Shown here: piece after piece, positions 1 to 12,929 of the stretch
How positions within the stretch are numbered: the first letter of the stretch is position 1
Layout: each line of letters opens with the position of its first letter
Assembly: GCA_951406725.2 (NCBI GenBank)
Contig: OX597815.1
Coordinates: forward strand, 96,968,001 to 97,032,000
DNA: 64,000 bases
DNA from: Octopus vulgaris
Taxonomy: Eukaryota
Direction of reading: 5' to 3'
Made by a program: the position numbers and the translations under genes
Notes under the pieces: model-generated
What the model was told of the DNA's origin: nothing
Seen by the model: only the letters and a program-made list of their open reading frames with translations
The model's database searches: none

Positions 1-460
1 TGATAGCATATCAAGCATATTTGGTCTTTCATGAAAATCCCGCTCTCTTGTCATCCACTTGGCCTAACTCATTATTTATTAACGCATGGGTGATACAGAC
101 TTTCTACCAACGCGCACGCGCATTCAACTGTCAAGGGTAGAATTATCTCCGTACAATAAATAAAACAGCTTGCAGTCTATTGGCGTATCTAGCTGTACGC
201 ACGCATCGCGTACAGATTTCTATGTTTTAGCGATTTTGAATGGATATGCCCATAACCTATGGGCATAAGGGGTCGGTTTATCTACTTTTAATGACTTTCT
301 GGGGTGACTGGGGAAATGAAAAGATCTTCACGACCACCCTCAGACAGTTTTGAAAGCCCGTAGATAACGCGAGCCTTTTATATGAAAAACTGTGGATTTG
401 TATACAGAACACACAGACACACGGATACACATACATTTAGTCGTTTATAGAAATGGAGAT
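1..460 (+). mobile_element. Possible 3' part of a non-autonomous Helitron/Helentron-associated (HINE/DINE-like) repeat
   Basis: Ends in ACACAGACACACGGATACACATACA...GTTTATAG...AGAT, resembling the microsatellite-plus-TATAGAT terminus of HINE-like elements. Internal hairpin TATGCCCATA-ACC-TATGGGCATA at ~245-267. Pattern recognition only. Confidence 0.3.
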
Positions 461-521
461 ATTAATTCCCTTGCAGAATTATTCGTAGACCGAAACAATT
501 AACTATACAAAGGAATTAATA

Positions 522-720
522 TTTTTCTACTCTAGACGCAAGCCCGAAATTTTGGGGGATGGGACCAGTCAATTAAATCGACTCCAGTACGCAAATGGTC
601 CTTAATCTATCGACTCAGAAAGGATGAATGGCAAAGTCGACCACGGCGGAATTTGAACTCAGAACGTAAAGACGGACGAAATGATATTAAGCATTTCGCC
701 TAGTGTACTAACAATTTTCT
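522..720 (-). mobile_element. tRNA-derived octopus SINE (family A, OK-like; name tentative)
   Basis: Reverse complement reads GTTAGTACAC..GGCGAAATGCTT...CGTTCTGAGTTCAAATTCCGCCGTGGTCGACTTTGCCATTCATCCTTTC; homologous to the copies at 44453 and 54936. Confidence 0.85.
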
Positions 721-1426
721 GGTTAGACATAACATTTTTCTTTGAGGTAAAGACACATAAGACGAAAACGCACAATATGGAGGGAACACTCCTTATCTTC
801 GTTGATAAACTTTATCAACGACGTGACAGTTTTCAGTGGAGCTCTCTTTGTTAAATGCAATATGACAGGCTATGATTCTGATTTGCAATGAACTTTTTCA
901 TCTTTCTTCACATCTCGGAGGATACGAAGCATGTCAGCACCGCAAATCATCTTAATCTACTGAAGCTATAGGAATAAAAAGAGAAAAACAGTATTTCTTT
1001 CAAGAAATTGGGAGCAAAAGGGACAAAGTGTCATCACTTTCATCTCTATTATATGAGGGAAATATAACGTCGTCATAAAATAAAATCGAGATTCAAAATG
1101 CCCAAGCAATTTGGAAACTGACGCTATATTGAAATTCTAAATTTATCAACATTCGATGCATGCCATGACAAAAGGTAAGCTCATTTTCATGCGCAAGACG
1201 CTCCTGCAAGACACTGTGTTATCAACGAAAAAATATTAAAGAAAACAAAAACGTTGAAAGTTTCAACAACCTAATGTTTTATTTTTTTTTTTTTAATTCA
1301 ATATATCTTATATAATTTCTCGTGAGGTGGAAATTTCAATGTTTCAGCTACTGAATCCAACTGCACTGGAGTGCATTAAATAAAAATATCACACACGCAA
1401 TGTATAAATCTTTCTCTCTATATATA

Positions 1427-1476
<50 letters not shown>

Positions 1477-3120
1477 AAATATATATATATATATATATAT
1501 ACATATACACGTGCACAAATATTTGTGAATACACACATGTATATGTAAATATGTATGTCTGTGAATGTGCATGTATACGTATAGGAATGTATTCATGTGC
1601 ATACATGCATACATATACATACATATAATTCTCAAATTTAAAACAAATCATTTGGTTAAATACTGTTGAAATAAAGCTGAAAGTTTGCATGAAAATATCT
1701 ACACCTGATATAAATTGTCTTTTTTAGGAGAATAAATCAAATTTTCTTCGAAGATAATCACTGAGAATTTTAAACAAACAACAGATAACTTGTAATCATC
1801 ACATGAAAATTATTTAAACGAACTACATAACAAAATGTTATCTGGAAACCAAAAAAAATACATAAGCGCTTAAAGATTTCGTCTTATTTAATGTAACAAA
1901 ACAGAATATCATTCTCTTTTGAAAAGAAAATATATTATGTACGTGCACTTTGTAAATATGTCGAAATGTTTAACCTGTGTGTTAGCAATTAATAATTTGT
2001 TTTGGAAACGACAATCGGAGATATCAAAATTATATTTATAAATAGAAAACGTTATTAAAAACATCTTTGCAGAATATTTTAAACAAAGCAATTTTCTAAC
2101 ATCGACAAATAATTCAATTTTTTTTTTAAAGAGGAAAATTTTAATATTTTTGTAGAAGGAATTTGCAACTAGACACCCGGTTTGATGTATTACAGAACTT
2201 TGAGGCTGTCCATCTTCTACAAAATATGACATAATTTGGGTTTAATCTTCGCTAAAATTCATGAACATAAATATATCGAAGAATCAGTTATATGTTTGAT
2301 TGATCATTCTAAGTAGAACAATATATGTTGTCTGAAACTTTAACTATTGCGGTGATTCAGGCTATTGAAAATGATAGACGAGTTGTGAGAAATATAAATC
2401 GCATTAATAGAGTTTTGTTAATATTTCATCGCAGAAGCATATACTCTTTATATTGCATTATATATTTGTAGTTAGCAGCCTAGGCAGCCATCCTGATCTT
2501 GGCAGTTTTGAATCTGAAATGTTTAATTGGCCAATAAAATTACTGTACGTGTAAAATATTCGTCGTAAAATTGCCGAGATAGACAGATTGAATGGTTTCC
2601 TAGAGCGAGAAAAAAAACTTCGTAGTAAGCATATGAGTGTGTACTTGTGTGTGTATGTATACATACATACTATTCTGATTTTTTTTTTATTTGTCGTTAG
2701 CCGGGAACGTAAAATGTATATAAGTATTACTAGTACGTTGTAATCCTTATTTAATAACAGAATTAAATATGGTTTAATGCGTAAAATTGATAACTATAAT
2801 TACAGTTAAATCTATACTAAAGGACAAGCAACTCATCACAAAACAATCAACTTGACATAAAGGACATCCGTACTTACCTTCAACTTTAACTAGATGGAGG
2901 CTGGGAAATGTATTCTTGTCATTGTTTTAAAATGCCCATTTAATTTTTGTCACTAAAATAACTATATATTCCAATAGCCATTCTAATGAAACGTGGCTTA
3001 GAGCTGGACTATCCTTAGCTTAAGAGAACGAGGACGAAACTTGTCTAAAGTTGTCACTGTGGATGCTTAATTTCTGAATCCTACCCACTGCAAACCTCTA
3101 TAAAATATTCACTTAGCTTT

Positions 3121-3415
3121 TCATAGCCTAGTGATTAGTGCATTGCACTCATGATCGTGAGACCGTTGTTTTCATTTCATGACCAGGTTCTAAGTATGTG
3201 TTGTTGAGCAAAGCAATTCATCTCACGCTCCTCTGCGACCACGTCGACGCCTGATTTGTGGTAAACTGCACACCTGCCCAGACGATATCGATTTGGTAAA
3301 GAGAGTGAGCTAATGTACACCAAGTGTATTCGATCGCTATAAACAAATCGCTTGTGCAGCTCGTTTCACAAAAGCAGAACACTCATTCGTTGTCTTCGGC
3401 GGGAGAGTTCGTCCT
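3121..3415 (+). mobile_element. Decayed tRNA-derived SINE (CORE/V-like body)
   Basis: A-box-like TAGCCTAGTGATTAG, then TGTGTTGTTGAGCAAAGCAATTCATCTCAC, resembling the tRNA-to-core transition of SINE2 elements. Confidence 0.5.
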
Positions 3416-4937
3416 ACATAACGAGAGAGAAAGAAAGAGAAGTAGAGGTTAGTATGCGCAACCATACCTGAATACATGTCTGAGTTGAGACACATGAATG
3501 AACGCTAGAGTGACAATAGAACATCTTTACGAGTCTGTTGTGAACGCACAGTAGAATATAAGAAATAAATGGACAAATAATCCGTCATTCAATATAACAA
3601 TCTTATATGGCTCGCCAATATTATAGCAATAAATCAGAAGGTACACAACAACAATGAATATAATTTCAAGTAACTTATTATAAACATCGTAATAAACTAC
3701 ACAATTGGTTTAACCACATAGTTTGCATTTTAACTGGTTTTACCTTAATTGCCTAAAGACCCATTCACAGCTTAACGCATACAGTGAACTCTGCTGTTAT
3801 CAAAATATTTATATGTCTCTCCCTTCCTCATCACTTCCGACAAGTAACTAAATGAGTACGTAACCTGTCTGGTTAAAAAATTGGTAATATTTCTATATAT
3901 TTAGTTTTGGTACATGTCTTTTGGAGTTTAAATATTTATATTGTTGTGTAAATGCACCGGACAACATCGTGACTGAACATTTGTGGGAAGGCCTCAACGT
4001 ATTTGCTTGATTTGCTAGAAATAACAATCAACTCTCCTTTATACTAATATTGTTAAGAAATCGAAATAAATATATCTGGATCAAATCTAAATGTGTTATG
4101 TCTGCTCCTAGGAGGCTAAACAACAACAACAAAACGAAGTCACTTATACAGATAACTGAGTGCTTTATCACGAGGGAAACACAGTCATTAAATATCTACA
4201 TACAACTGAGAAACAAATATACGACCTTTGAGTTAAAGGTTAAAATAGTTTACCCATAAAACAATACTGAATTTTGATGCATGTCTACGAAAGAGTTCAG
4301 TATCCGAGCTCATATTTATTTCAATAATCATATTGATGATATTATATCATATTTCTTCATGCTGCTAAATTAATTCTACTGGATATATTTTAGGCAATTC
4401 CGCTGAGGCCGACTGGTCAGTCGAATTCATTTGCTTCCAACGTTTTAATATTATTGCACAAACTGATTTGAATAAGTGGCCATGCATTGGACTGTTTGAT
4501 AAAGATGCTGCTTAGTATTCTATTCTATTTAGTCAAGGTGTTACGGATATACATCACTAACTCTGCTAAACGGTACGCTTGTTAGTGGTTTTAGGATATA
4601 AGTCAATATTCCTGAGATGATTATACAGCCAATCTGACGCTGAAGCTAGCATGTATTTGAAAATTCTGTCATGTGTGTGTCATATTCTCTGATATTGACA
4701 TAGCATAAATATAACTCCTATAACTCCAATATTACTAATTCACATGGCTATTCTATTAAACATATTAATATCTAATACGCATAGCATGTATGGTTTAATG
4801 CATGTGTTCAATAACAATCGTACTTTTACTTTAGCTTGTGACGGCATTATAGTCAACTTTGTATGCTCGGAACAATTCAGAGTACGCTACAATATACAAA
4901 TACTAAACAGCATATATATTTACACGTGTCCACATCA

Positions 4938-5012
<75 letters not shown>

Positions 5013-5094
5013 ACGCGCACACGCACACGCACGCACACGCACACACACACACACATGTACACCCGCACGCACGCACATATTTCAGTCATTAGAA

Positions 5095-5215
5095 TGCCTG
5101 AAGCGCTCTATATACGGTGATCCCACGCAGCGAAGGTCTTCTTGCACTCAAACACTTTCTAGATCTTCGGCCAAAAGCCCAACCTGACATGTCCACACAT
5201 CGTCTAACCGAACTT
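5095..5215 (-). mobile_element. Possible short 3' fragment of an RTE-like LINE
   Basis: Minus strand reads RLDDVWTCQVGLLAEDLESV, loosely like RTE C-termini. Very degraded. Confidence 0.25.
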
Positions 5216-5801
5216 AAAGAAACAAAAACATGAGTCTTCTTATAGAAGAAATTCCGTTAACTAAATTTTAAACTTAAAAAGTAGGAACAAGTGTTTAACC
5301 GCTTTAGACATTACACATATATTGTGAAGTCTTGTGGTTTATTAAGCGGGGTGGTTGACTAATGACCATAAAATTAATGTTAAGTTCTTGGTCGCGGCTG
5401 AGTGTTGCTCTCCTGAAATTGGTAATCTATGAGGCACCAATCTGTTCAGCTGTAACCAAAACAGACGGAGTGATGGTGTGATTCTTTGTTTGTCTCTCTT
5501 TAGCTCTCAAATGTTGAATACTCCGGATGATTTAAAATGAAGGTGTGGAGGCTGTGTGATGTTTGAACTGAAATTACACAATCACCGAAATAAATGAATG
5601 ATCGCATGTGAATGTTTAGGGCTATACATCTTTTGTGTACACCTGTGTGGATATGTATGTACGCGTATATGCGTGCGCGTACATGAGTGTGTTTGTGAAA
5701 GCCTTTATACACAACCTCACGCGTATACACGCACACACACGCATATAGGTATAATTAGAATATATATTCATGTTTATATGTATATGTATATATAAACATG
5801 T

Positions 5802-5888
<87 letters not shown>

Positions 5889-6289
5889 TGTGTGTATTTG
5901 TGTGTATATATGTATGTATAAGCAGTTTGATAAGCGTATTTCGATGGACGTCTTGGGCACTATTGTAATAAAATTCCAAAACTGCTTTACGTACTGAGTT
6001 GTATTTACTCGTTTATAAATGTATACCTACGTGAGTAGTTATCTATTTATTAACTCCCACTCTACAACTCTTTCCCTTTCCCTGTCTCTCTTGCTCGCTC
6101 GCCCACTCGTGTGGAAATGATCTCTATTCTCTCTATTCTCTATGCTGCAAAACGAAATATATGAAATCGCAATTAATTATTTTGTTTTTTCCCCTTTATA
6201 TCTGAAAATCTACGTGATTGTGTTGCTATGATGTAATCCGCATCTGTATTAATGTTGCTTTGGAGATGTGGGATTTTAACTATGTATCT

Positions 6290-6347
6290 GAAGCCGGAAC
6301 CATGTGGTTGGGGAGTAAGCTCCTTACCACGCAGGCACGCCTGCGTC
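6290..6347 (-). mobile_element. 5' fragment of octopus SINE family B (OR-like)
   Basis: Reverse complement GACGCAGGCGTGCCTGCGTGGTAAGGAGCTTACTCCCCAACCACATGGTTCCGG matches the heads at 43700 and 62825. Confidence 0.7.
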
Positions 6348-6477
6348 ACCTATTATTTTGCTGCGTCGTTAATTTAGCACACCTTGTAATGAAACCTTTT
6401 TTTGTTGATATTCACTTTCGAAGTCTTGTGTCACCGAACGATAATGATGATGATGATGATGATGATGGTTTGTTGAT

Positions 6478-6678
6478 GATTTCAAAGTTTGGCGCATGAC
6501 CAGCAGTTTCTTGGGTAGCGTTAAGTCGATTACATCGACACCAGTATTCAGATAGTACTCATTTAATCGTACCCGAAAGAATGAAACGCAAAGTTAACGT
6601 CAGTGGAATTTGAACTCAGAATGTAAAATGGGGACAAAATTACTCAAGGTACGCGTCCAATTCTACCTGCTCACCACC
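6478..6678 (-). mobile_element. SINE family A, decayed, with (GAT)n at its 3' end
   Basis: GTCGATTACATCGAC..CCAGTA...CCCGAAAGAATGAAACGCAAAGTT..GGAATTTGAACTCAGAA is homologous to 522-720. Confidence 0.75.
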
Positions 6679-6722
6679 CGAATAAAATTACTAAAACAAT
6701 AACAACAAAAATAATTAAAATG

Positions 6723-6754
6723 CTACTACTACTACTACTGCTGCTGTTGCTGCA

Positions 6755-6797
<43 letters not shown>

Positions 6798-6812
6798 ATA
6801 CTACTACTACTA

Positions 6813-6871
<59 letters not shown>
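6723..6871. repeat. Compound (CTA)n/(ATA)n microsatellite
   Basis: Directly visible. Confidence 0.95.
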
Positions 6872-6874
<3 letters not shown>

Positions 6875-7580
6875 AAGAAGAAATATGATAAGTTGAGGGT
6901 AATGTAGCAAAAGAAGAGAGAAAATTTAAAACAAGTGGAAGAAAAGATGATGAAGGGCATAAGAGTGGAGGTAAAAGAGAAATAGCATTTACAAATAACA
7001 AACAAAAAAAACATTATCAAGAGCAATAAATTTAGGAAAAATAGGACGTATGTATGTAAAATAGAAACGAAATGTTGTTCTATAAATGGATGAATATGTG
7101 GAAATTTTAATCAATGTAGGCATTGCAAACCAATAGCAAAAAGAAAATAAATATTATAAAAACAGCAAAAGAATCTTGAAAATTGCGGCTGAGATATAAT
7201 TTCCTTCCTTCGCACTTTTCATTATTTTTGCATCAAATCTCATTTTTATTTCTCATTTTTCTTCTGGTATATATTTCAGAGCAAATTTTACTTGAAACTT
7301 GTTTCAAATAAATGTTTTTCACTTCTATGCGCATTTCCTTTTTAGTTTCAAGTGGTTTGACCTACACATATTCTTTGTTTTTTTTTTCTCTATATAATTT
7401 TACTTAATACGTTTCCTTTTCCATCCAATTATATACAGAAAAACCTTGAAATCAAATGGATCACTCAGCCTTTCTAGTGAAAAATACTTTCCTATTTATT
7501 TATTGATTTATCGCCTAGACATATGGAGACAGCCTCGAGCAAATATAACTCTAATCTCAGACAAAAGAAACATCCCTAAC

Positions 7581-7646
<66 letters not shown>

Positions 7647-7650
7647 TAAT

Positions 7651-8163
7651 GATCAAAGAGCAACAGACGAAAAAACGGGCATCATCGGAAAGTATAATGC
7701 AATGATTGTATGGGATTTTATGATTCAGTGCGACCACGTAATAGAGAATAGGAAACCAGTCATTGTGTTAAGTGAGAAAAAATGTAAACGATGCTGGATC
7801 ATAGATATAGCATGCCCAGATGACAACAAGGTATGCGATAAGGAAGAAAATCGATAGATAAGACAGGCTCACTTGAGAGGTTAAGCAGTTGTGGTAGCTG
7901 CAAAAGGTGGTAGTAGTACCAATAATTGTCGGAGACCTGGGAAAAGTGAGTAAAAATCTTGAGAAGTACATGAAACAAATAGGGGTCTGCATTAATGGTG
8001 TAGAACTTGCAGAAAACTGCACTGCTTGCAACTGCTCGAATACTCAGGATGGTGGTCGAATGGTAAGGGGCGTTACCTTAGTTCACTGGTTGTGAGCAGC
8101 TGATATCGTAGTACAGGTCCAGTGTTAGAAGCTGTGCAAAGGCAATAGAATAATAATAATAAT
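7651..8163 (+). mobile_element. 3' end of a Dong/R4 non-LTR retrotransposon (restriction-like endonuclease remnant) within (AAT)n
   Basis: Translates to IVWDFMIQCDHVIENRKPVIVL...CWIIDIACPDDNKVCDKEE and VVVVPIIVGDLG (R-x-P-D...D-x-A-x-P RLE motif) with stops and frameshifts. Flanked by (AAT)n at 7581-7650 and 8149-8163. Confidence 0.85.
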
Positions 8164-8300
8164 GATTTTCTTAAATCTAACAACGAGAGATATTCAGCAG
8201 GAACAACATGCACCGGAGTGCATGTTCATCGTTAGAAGAACGGCAACAACAACAAAAATGACGACGACGACGATTATGATGATGATGATAATAATAATAA

Positions 8301-9650
8301 AATGCCCTGGTGAGGTACCAGACAGTGACTCTCATGGCTTCTGATCTTAACTGATTGGAAGTGTTATCAGGCACATCGCTTTGTCTTGGTGTAAAAGATG
8401 GCTACGGTAAATATTCTGCACAACACCAGAGATTTGCTTCCCAGTCGTTTGACCATAACCATTTGAGCATTTCTCTTAGTGGCTGACGATGTGTGCATCT
8501 CTGATCTCGAGCAGAAGTAATGGGAGAGCATATGTTGAGAGAAATTATTGGCGGTTTGGATAATTCACCTTTGGAAACATGAATACCGCGTTCCGCATAC
8601 TTAAACATCCATTAATTGGACCCCACCTGCATTGTCATGCGCTGTTTATCATGCGCATATGGGGAAAGAACCAAAGAAGAAAGAACCATCATCGCCCGAA
8701 ACATGCTGCACACACCACAATACCAGCACAAATGTTCAGCAAATGTTACAAGAGAAAGTTGCTTGAAACTATCAGATATCGAAAAGCAATAGTGGTGATG
8801 ACATTGGTGACAAACGTTACTTGACCTCCGTTCATGAGATACAGTAGTTTCGGAAGAAACTCTGATTGTAACAGCGAAAATGACGGACATTTAAGGGAAC
8901 GCCTTTCTCTCGGCAGTGCTTCAGTAAAAATGGAAACTGAATACAGCTGTTTTCCTAATACAGCATCAGCAGATATCAAAGTAAGGACGAGGAAGTGAAC
9001 CAGCGAAGAAAATAGGACAGTGATGCAGTGCTATTTAGAAAGTGAACCTAAAAAGGGAGCTTTAGGAAACTGATATTGTCTCTTTGGGTAGGGAAAGGTA
9101 TATTTAAAATGACTGAAAAAAGATTAGTATATCAAGCTAATGCTATAAGGAGAAGAAATTGAATGACAGAACTGAACTGGAGGTAGGAGAGATTACAAGA
9201 GATCTGGAAAAAGAAGACCAGGAAGTCAGAAAGACAAACAACATAGATACAGTTAAAACAAAAGAAGGACCTAGAGGACAAAAAATAATAGCACTACCAC
9301 TACTGACGGGACAACTTACACCAGCAACCTATGTGGTTTAAGTGAGGAAGATCAGAATTTAGATGAGTTTCAGGAAGTAATGAGTAAAGAAGTAAGAAAA
9401 ATATTGCCAGAATTAAAAGACACCAACAGAAGAAGGCTGCCAGAAATGACTAAGAAAGTATCCCACTGACATCAGAGCGATAGATACTAAAACTATAGGA
9501 GACATTAACTTATTGATCTATGCAGAAGTGGTAGTATACAGTAGAAGATTATATATATCACAGGGAAAGATTAATAAAGAACAAGTGTGGAAAAAGAGAC
9601 TACTATATTAAGTAAAGTCTTTAACACAAGATCTGAGTTGAGTAGCAAAC
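8301..9650 (+). mobile_element. 5' part of a second Dong/R4 element (5'UTR plus Myb-like N-terminus), pseudogenised
   Basis: Starts right after (AAT)n. 8981-9156 translates to RTRK*TSEENRTVMQCYLESEPKKG/FRKLILSLWVGKGIFKMTEKRLVYQANAIRRR, the R4/Dong N-terminal Myb-like motif. Confidence 0.75.
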
Positions 9651-9840
9651 TACCTCAGATCTTTCTGCCTTTACCCTATATCAATATTGTAATCTTTAGA
9701 AAGATATGACGATTACATAAAGACGGTATGCTGAAATGATATTTATATATCAACCATTCAAGAATGTGAAGCAAATACAACTTAAATACATTTGAAGATC
9801 CAACTGAAGAGGATGCCGTAAGGCATTTTCTCCAAAGCTT

Positions 9841-11106
9841 TCAGGGCATACCATACGTTCTGTCCGAAATTTGAATAAAGAAAACATGTGATCAAATGTT
9901 ATATTTAATTGAAATGTAATGATCTATGTGCTTTTCCTGATTATCTATGGCTTCCTTCAATCTATTTACAAGCCTTTAAATATCATCAATGTAAACCTCC
10001 TTTGGTATCAAAGCGAAGAACTCTGAAATGTCAGTTTTGACCTCCTCCTGGCTTGCGAAAGTTATGTCCTCCAAATGATACTGTAAACCTCGAAACAAAT
10101 GGTTCTCGGAAGGAGCAAGATCGAGAAAATAAGTTGGATGAGAAATTTCTTTCCCCACAAAGCTTTTCGATCTTCTGTGATATGATCTTTGCAGTGTGGG
10201 GTCGCGAATTTTCCTGATGAAACATCACTCCTTTTCGATTCACGAAAGCGGTTTTTTTTTTATTTCTTCACAACTTTTTTCAAAGTACTGCTGACAATAG
10301 ACTTGAGTATTGATTGTTGCATTAGGTGCTAACAATTCAAAGTGATTTACTCCTTCGCAATCATACCAGGTAGAGAGAACCATGAAGTTCCCTTCTCGGT
10401 TGTTGTTGAGATTTTCCCCTTTTACCAGGTCATTGTTTACGACGTTTAATATTTCGATAGAGGATATATTTTCCGTCACTAGACACAAGTCTATCCAAAA
10501 AGGGTGAAATGAGTTCGTGAGTACGGAGAGAAGATCAAATGGCAACTCGAGATTTGCGGTTGCTTTCGGACAATTCCTGAGGCACCCATTTTCCAAGTTA
10601 TGGAATATTTCCAATTTGTTGGAGATGATGATGAGCAATTGTATGGTTAGATCTAAGCTTTATTGCTAATTTTTCAAATGATAATGCAGGGTTTTCTTCA
10701 AGTAATACCTCAAGGAACTTATCATTAAGCTCAACTGGACGTCCCGTTCGATCTTCCTCTACAAGGTTGATATCTCCACTTCTGAATTTTGTAAACCATC
10801 TTCTGCAATTTCTTTCATTCAAGCATTATTTCCCATAAACTGCGTGTATATTCGAGTCACTTCGGCTGCAGAGTTTCTTTTTTTGTACTCATAAAGCATT
10901 ATGTGCCTCAACTGCTCTTCGGAAACTTCGTTTTAATCAAAGAAATGTTAATTCTATTATTCTGTAAAATGATATTTAATTAGTTTAAATATACACAAAT
11001 GCATAAATATAATTTTAAATTCCATTAGACATTGTAAAATACTATTAAAATTCATTCAATTTTAAAAAAAAAGGTAAAATCAGAAAGAACTTATAGGATG
11101 ACCTGA
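9841..11106 (-). mobile_element. Full-length decayed mariner DNA transposon
   Basis: Imperfect ~30 bp TIRs: TCAGGGCATACCATACGTTCTGTCCGAAATTT at 9841 versus the reverse complement TCAGGTCATCCTATAAGTTCTTTCTGATTTT ending at 11106, followed by TA. Length ~1.27 kb. Confidence 0.9.
9930..10931 (-). pseudogene. mariner (DD34D) transposase pseudogene
   Basis: Fragments LRHIMLYEYKK, RRWFTKFRSG..EDRTGRP, GKWVPQELS (WVPHEL motif), FHQENSRPH (HDNARPH) and HPTYFLDLAPSENHLFRGLQ (YSPDLAP), spread over several frames. Confidence 0.9.
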
Positions 11107-12929
11107 TATAATGAGGAAGCTGAATTTAAAACTCAGAAACATACTCTTAAATTTTAAGGGCGATTAAAGTCTATTTGAAGTACCTTGATATTTAGCTTGT
11201 GTTCCTATTGGTGACCCTGAAGGATTGATGCACATGCATTTACGACCGACAGAATTTGATCTCGGAGACGTGGTTCTCCAAAATTATTACCACATCACAT
11301 TTTATTATGAAAACTAGCCTTTACCAATCCAGCTATAATTATTAAGACATGTATGTTCTTCCTACCATGAATTTGATAATATATTTCATTTGACTAATTC
11401 CTAGAAAAGTGCCATGTTCTATTGAATATAGAAACCATCCATTGAATTATGTGCATAATCGATTTCATTAATATGAATTGATCTTATCGATTATGCTCTA
11501 AAATGGTGAGGATATGCCTCAGTTAGAAATATTAATTTGAACGCCAATATTATGGTTTCAATAATATTTATGCAATGTAACGTCTATCTATCTATCTTTA
11601 AGGTATATTTGTGTATATATATATGTGCACACACACAAACACACAAATATATATATGTATGTATGTATACAGGTATATTAGATTTTATGTATATAACATG
11701 TAGACGTACACAGGTTTATCACCCGAAACTACATATAGATTTCCTAATATAAATGCTAATGATTTATATTAGGAAAAACTAACTTTGGCTCTCGACATAG
11801 TATGCAAATGTTGAAGATATTTGAATAAAGCCTGATGAAAATAATATGTTTACTATGAGGCATTTAGTCTTGCGTTCTATTTTAATTGTGTAAGGGATGA
11901 CCTTTTGAGCGTTATATCTAATGACCATATTTGATAAACAGAAAGCTAATAGCTGTATCGTTTCCGATATTATGCAACGTAACATATACTGTATTCGTAC
12001 TAGAAAAAAAACTACTGAAATTTACTGCGTGTATATTGTCTGTAACTGCTTCATTGTAATAGTTATTGTAGTAACATTTAATGCATATATCGTCTCGATT
12101 TTCAAATTCTAAAACAGAACTTTGATGACTACATATATTTGGTTTCGCTTTTAATGTGCGGCAACTTGCGTAACTATGTTTCATTATATATTCCTTAACT
12201 TAATTTATATTCCATTGTCTAACTGGTGGTTATTGGTACATTTTCTTTTCTTTCATACATAGCATCTGGGCTCTATATGAGTGTATCATCCGTCACCAAA
12301 CTCAGAGGCGTACAAAGTGTCATCGGCGATTCTTTCCCCTCTTAACATGCGTATACTGGCATACATATTCTCTTCATACATAGATACATACATACGTGCA
12401 TACATATATTCACACACGTATACACTCACACAAATACTTTTGCGTGTGTGCTTTTATATACACCTATTTATACACTTACGTATATACATACATTAATACA
12501 TATACATACACACACACATATATATATGTATGCATGTGTGACAGTATATAGGCATATACTGTCAATAAATGTGTCAGTATATGCATATGTGTGTATATAT
12601 ATATGTATGCGTAAGCATTTATGGATGCACAAACATACACACACAAACATGACTTTTGGCTTCTATGCAACGCTAGTTATGCAATCCCAGAGGAAGGAAA
12701 CGAATCGCATTTGCTGTTTTGTACTAAGTTTTATTTCCTTGTATCACACAAGTTTTAGCGAAGCTCATCATAATGAAATTTATTGAATCCGATATTTTGT
12801 GCACTATGTATACGGTTTAGTTTTGATATTATTACAAAATTTTGTTCATATTTGTTTTTTTTTTTTCTTTTTCTCTCTTTGAAATTTAATTGAGCTCTTT
12901 ATCATATTTTACAGTAATACTTATTAGCA

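Noticed and set aside
960-2905. Possible minus-strand host exons (acceptor near 967; 23-nt microexon at ~2878-2900 before GTAAGT)
   Set aside because: Splice-like motifs only. The peptides are too short to recognise and such motifs arise by chance; RNA-seq is needed.
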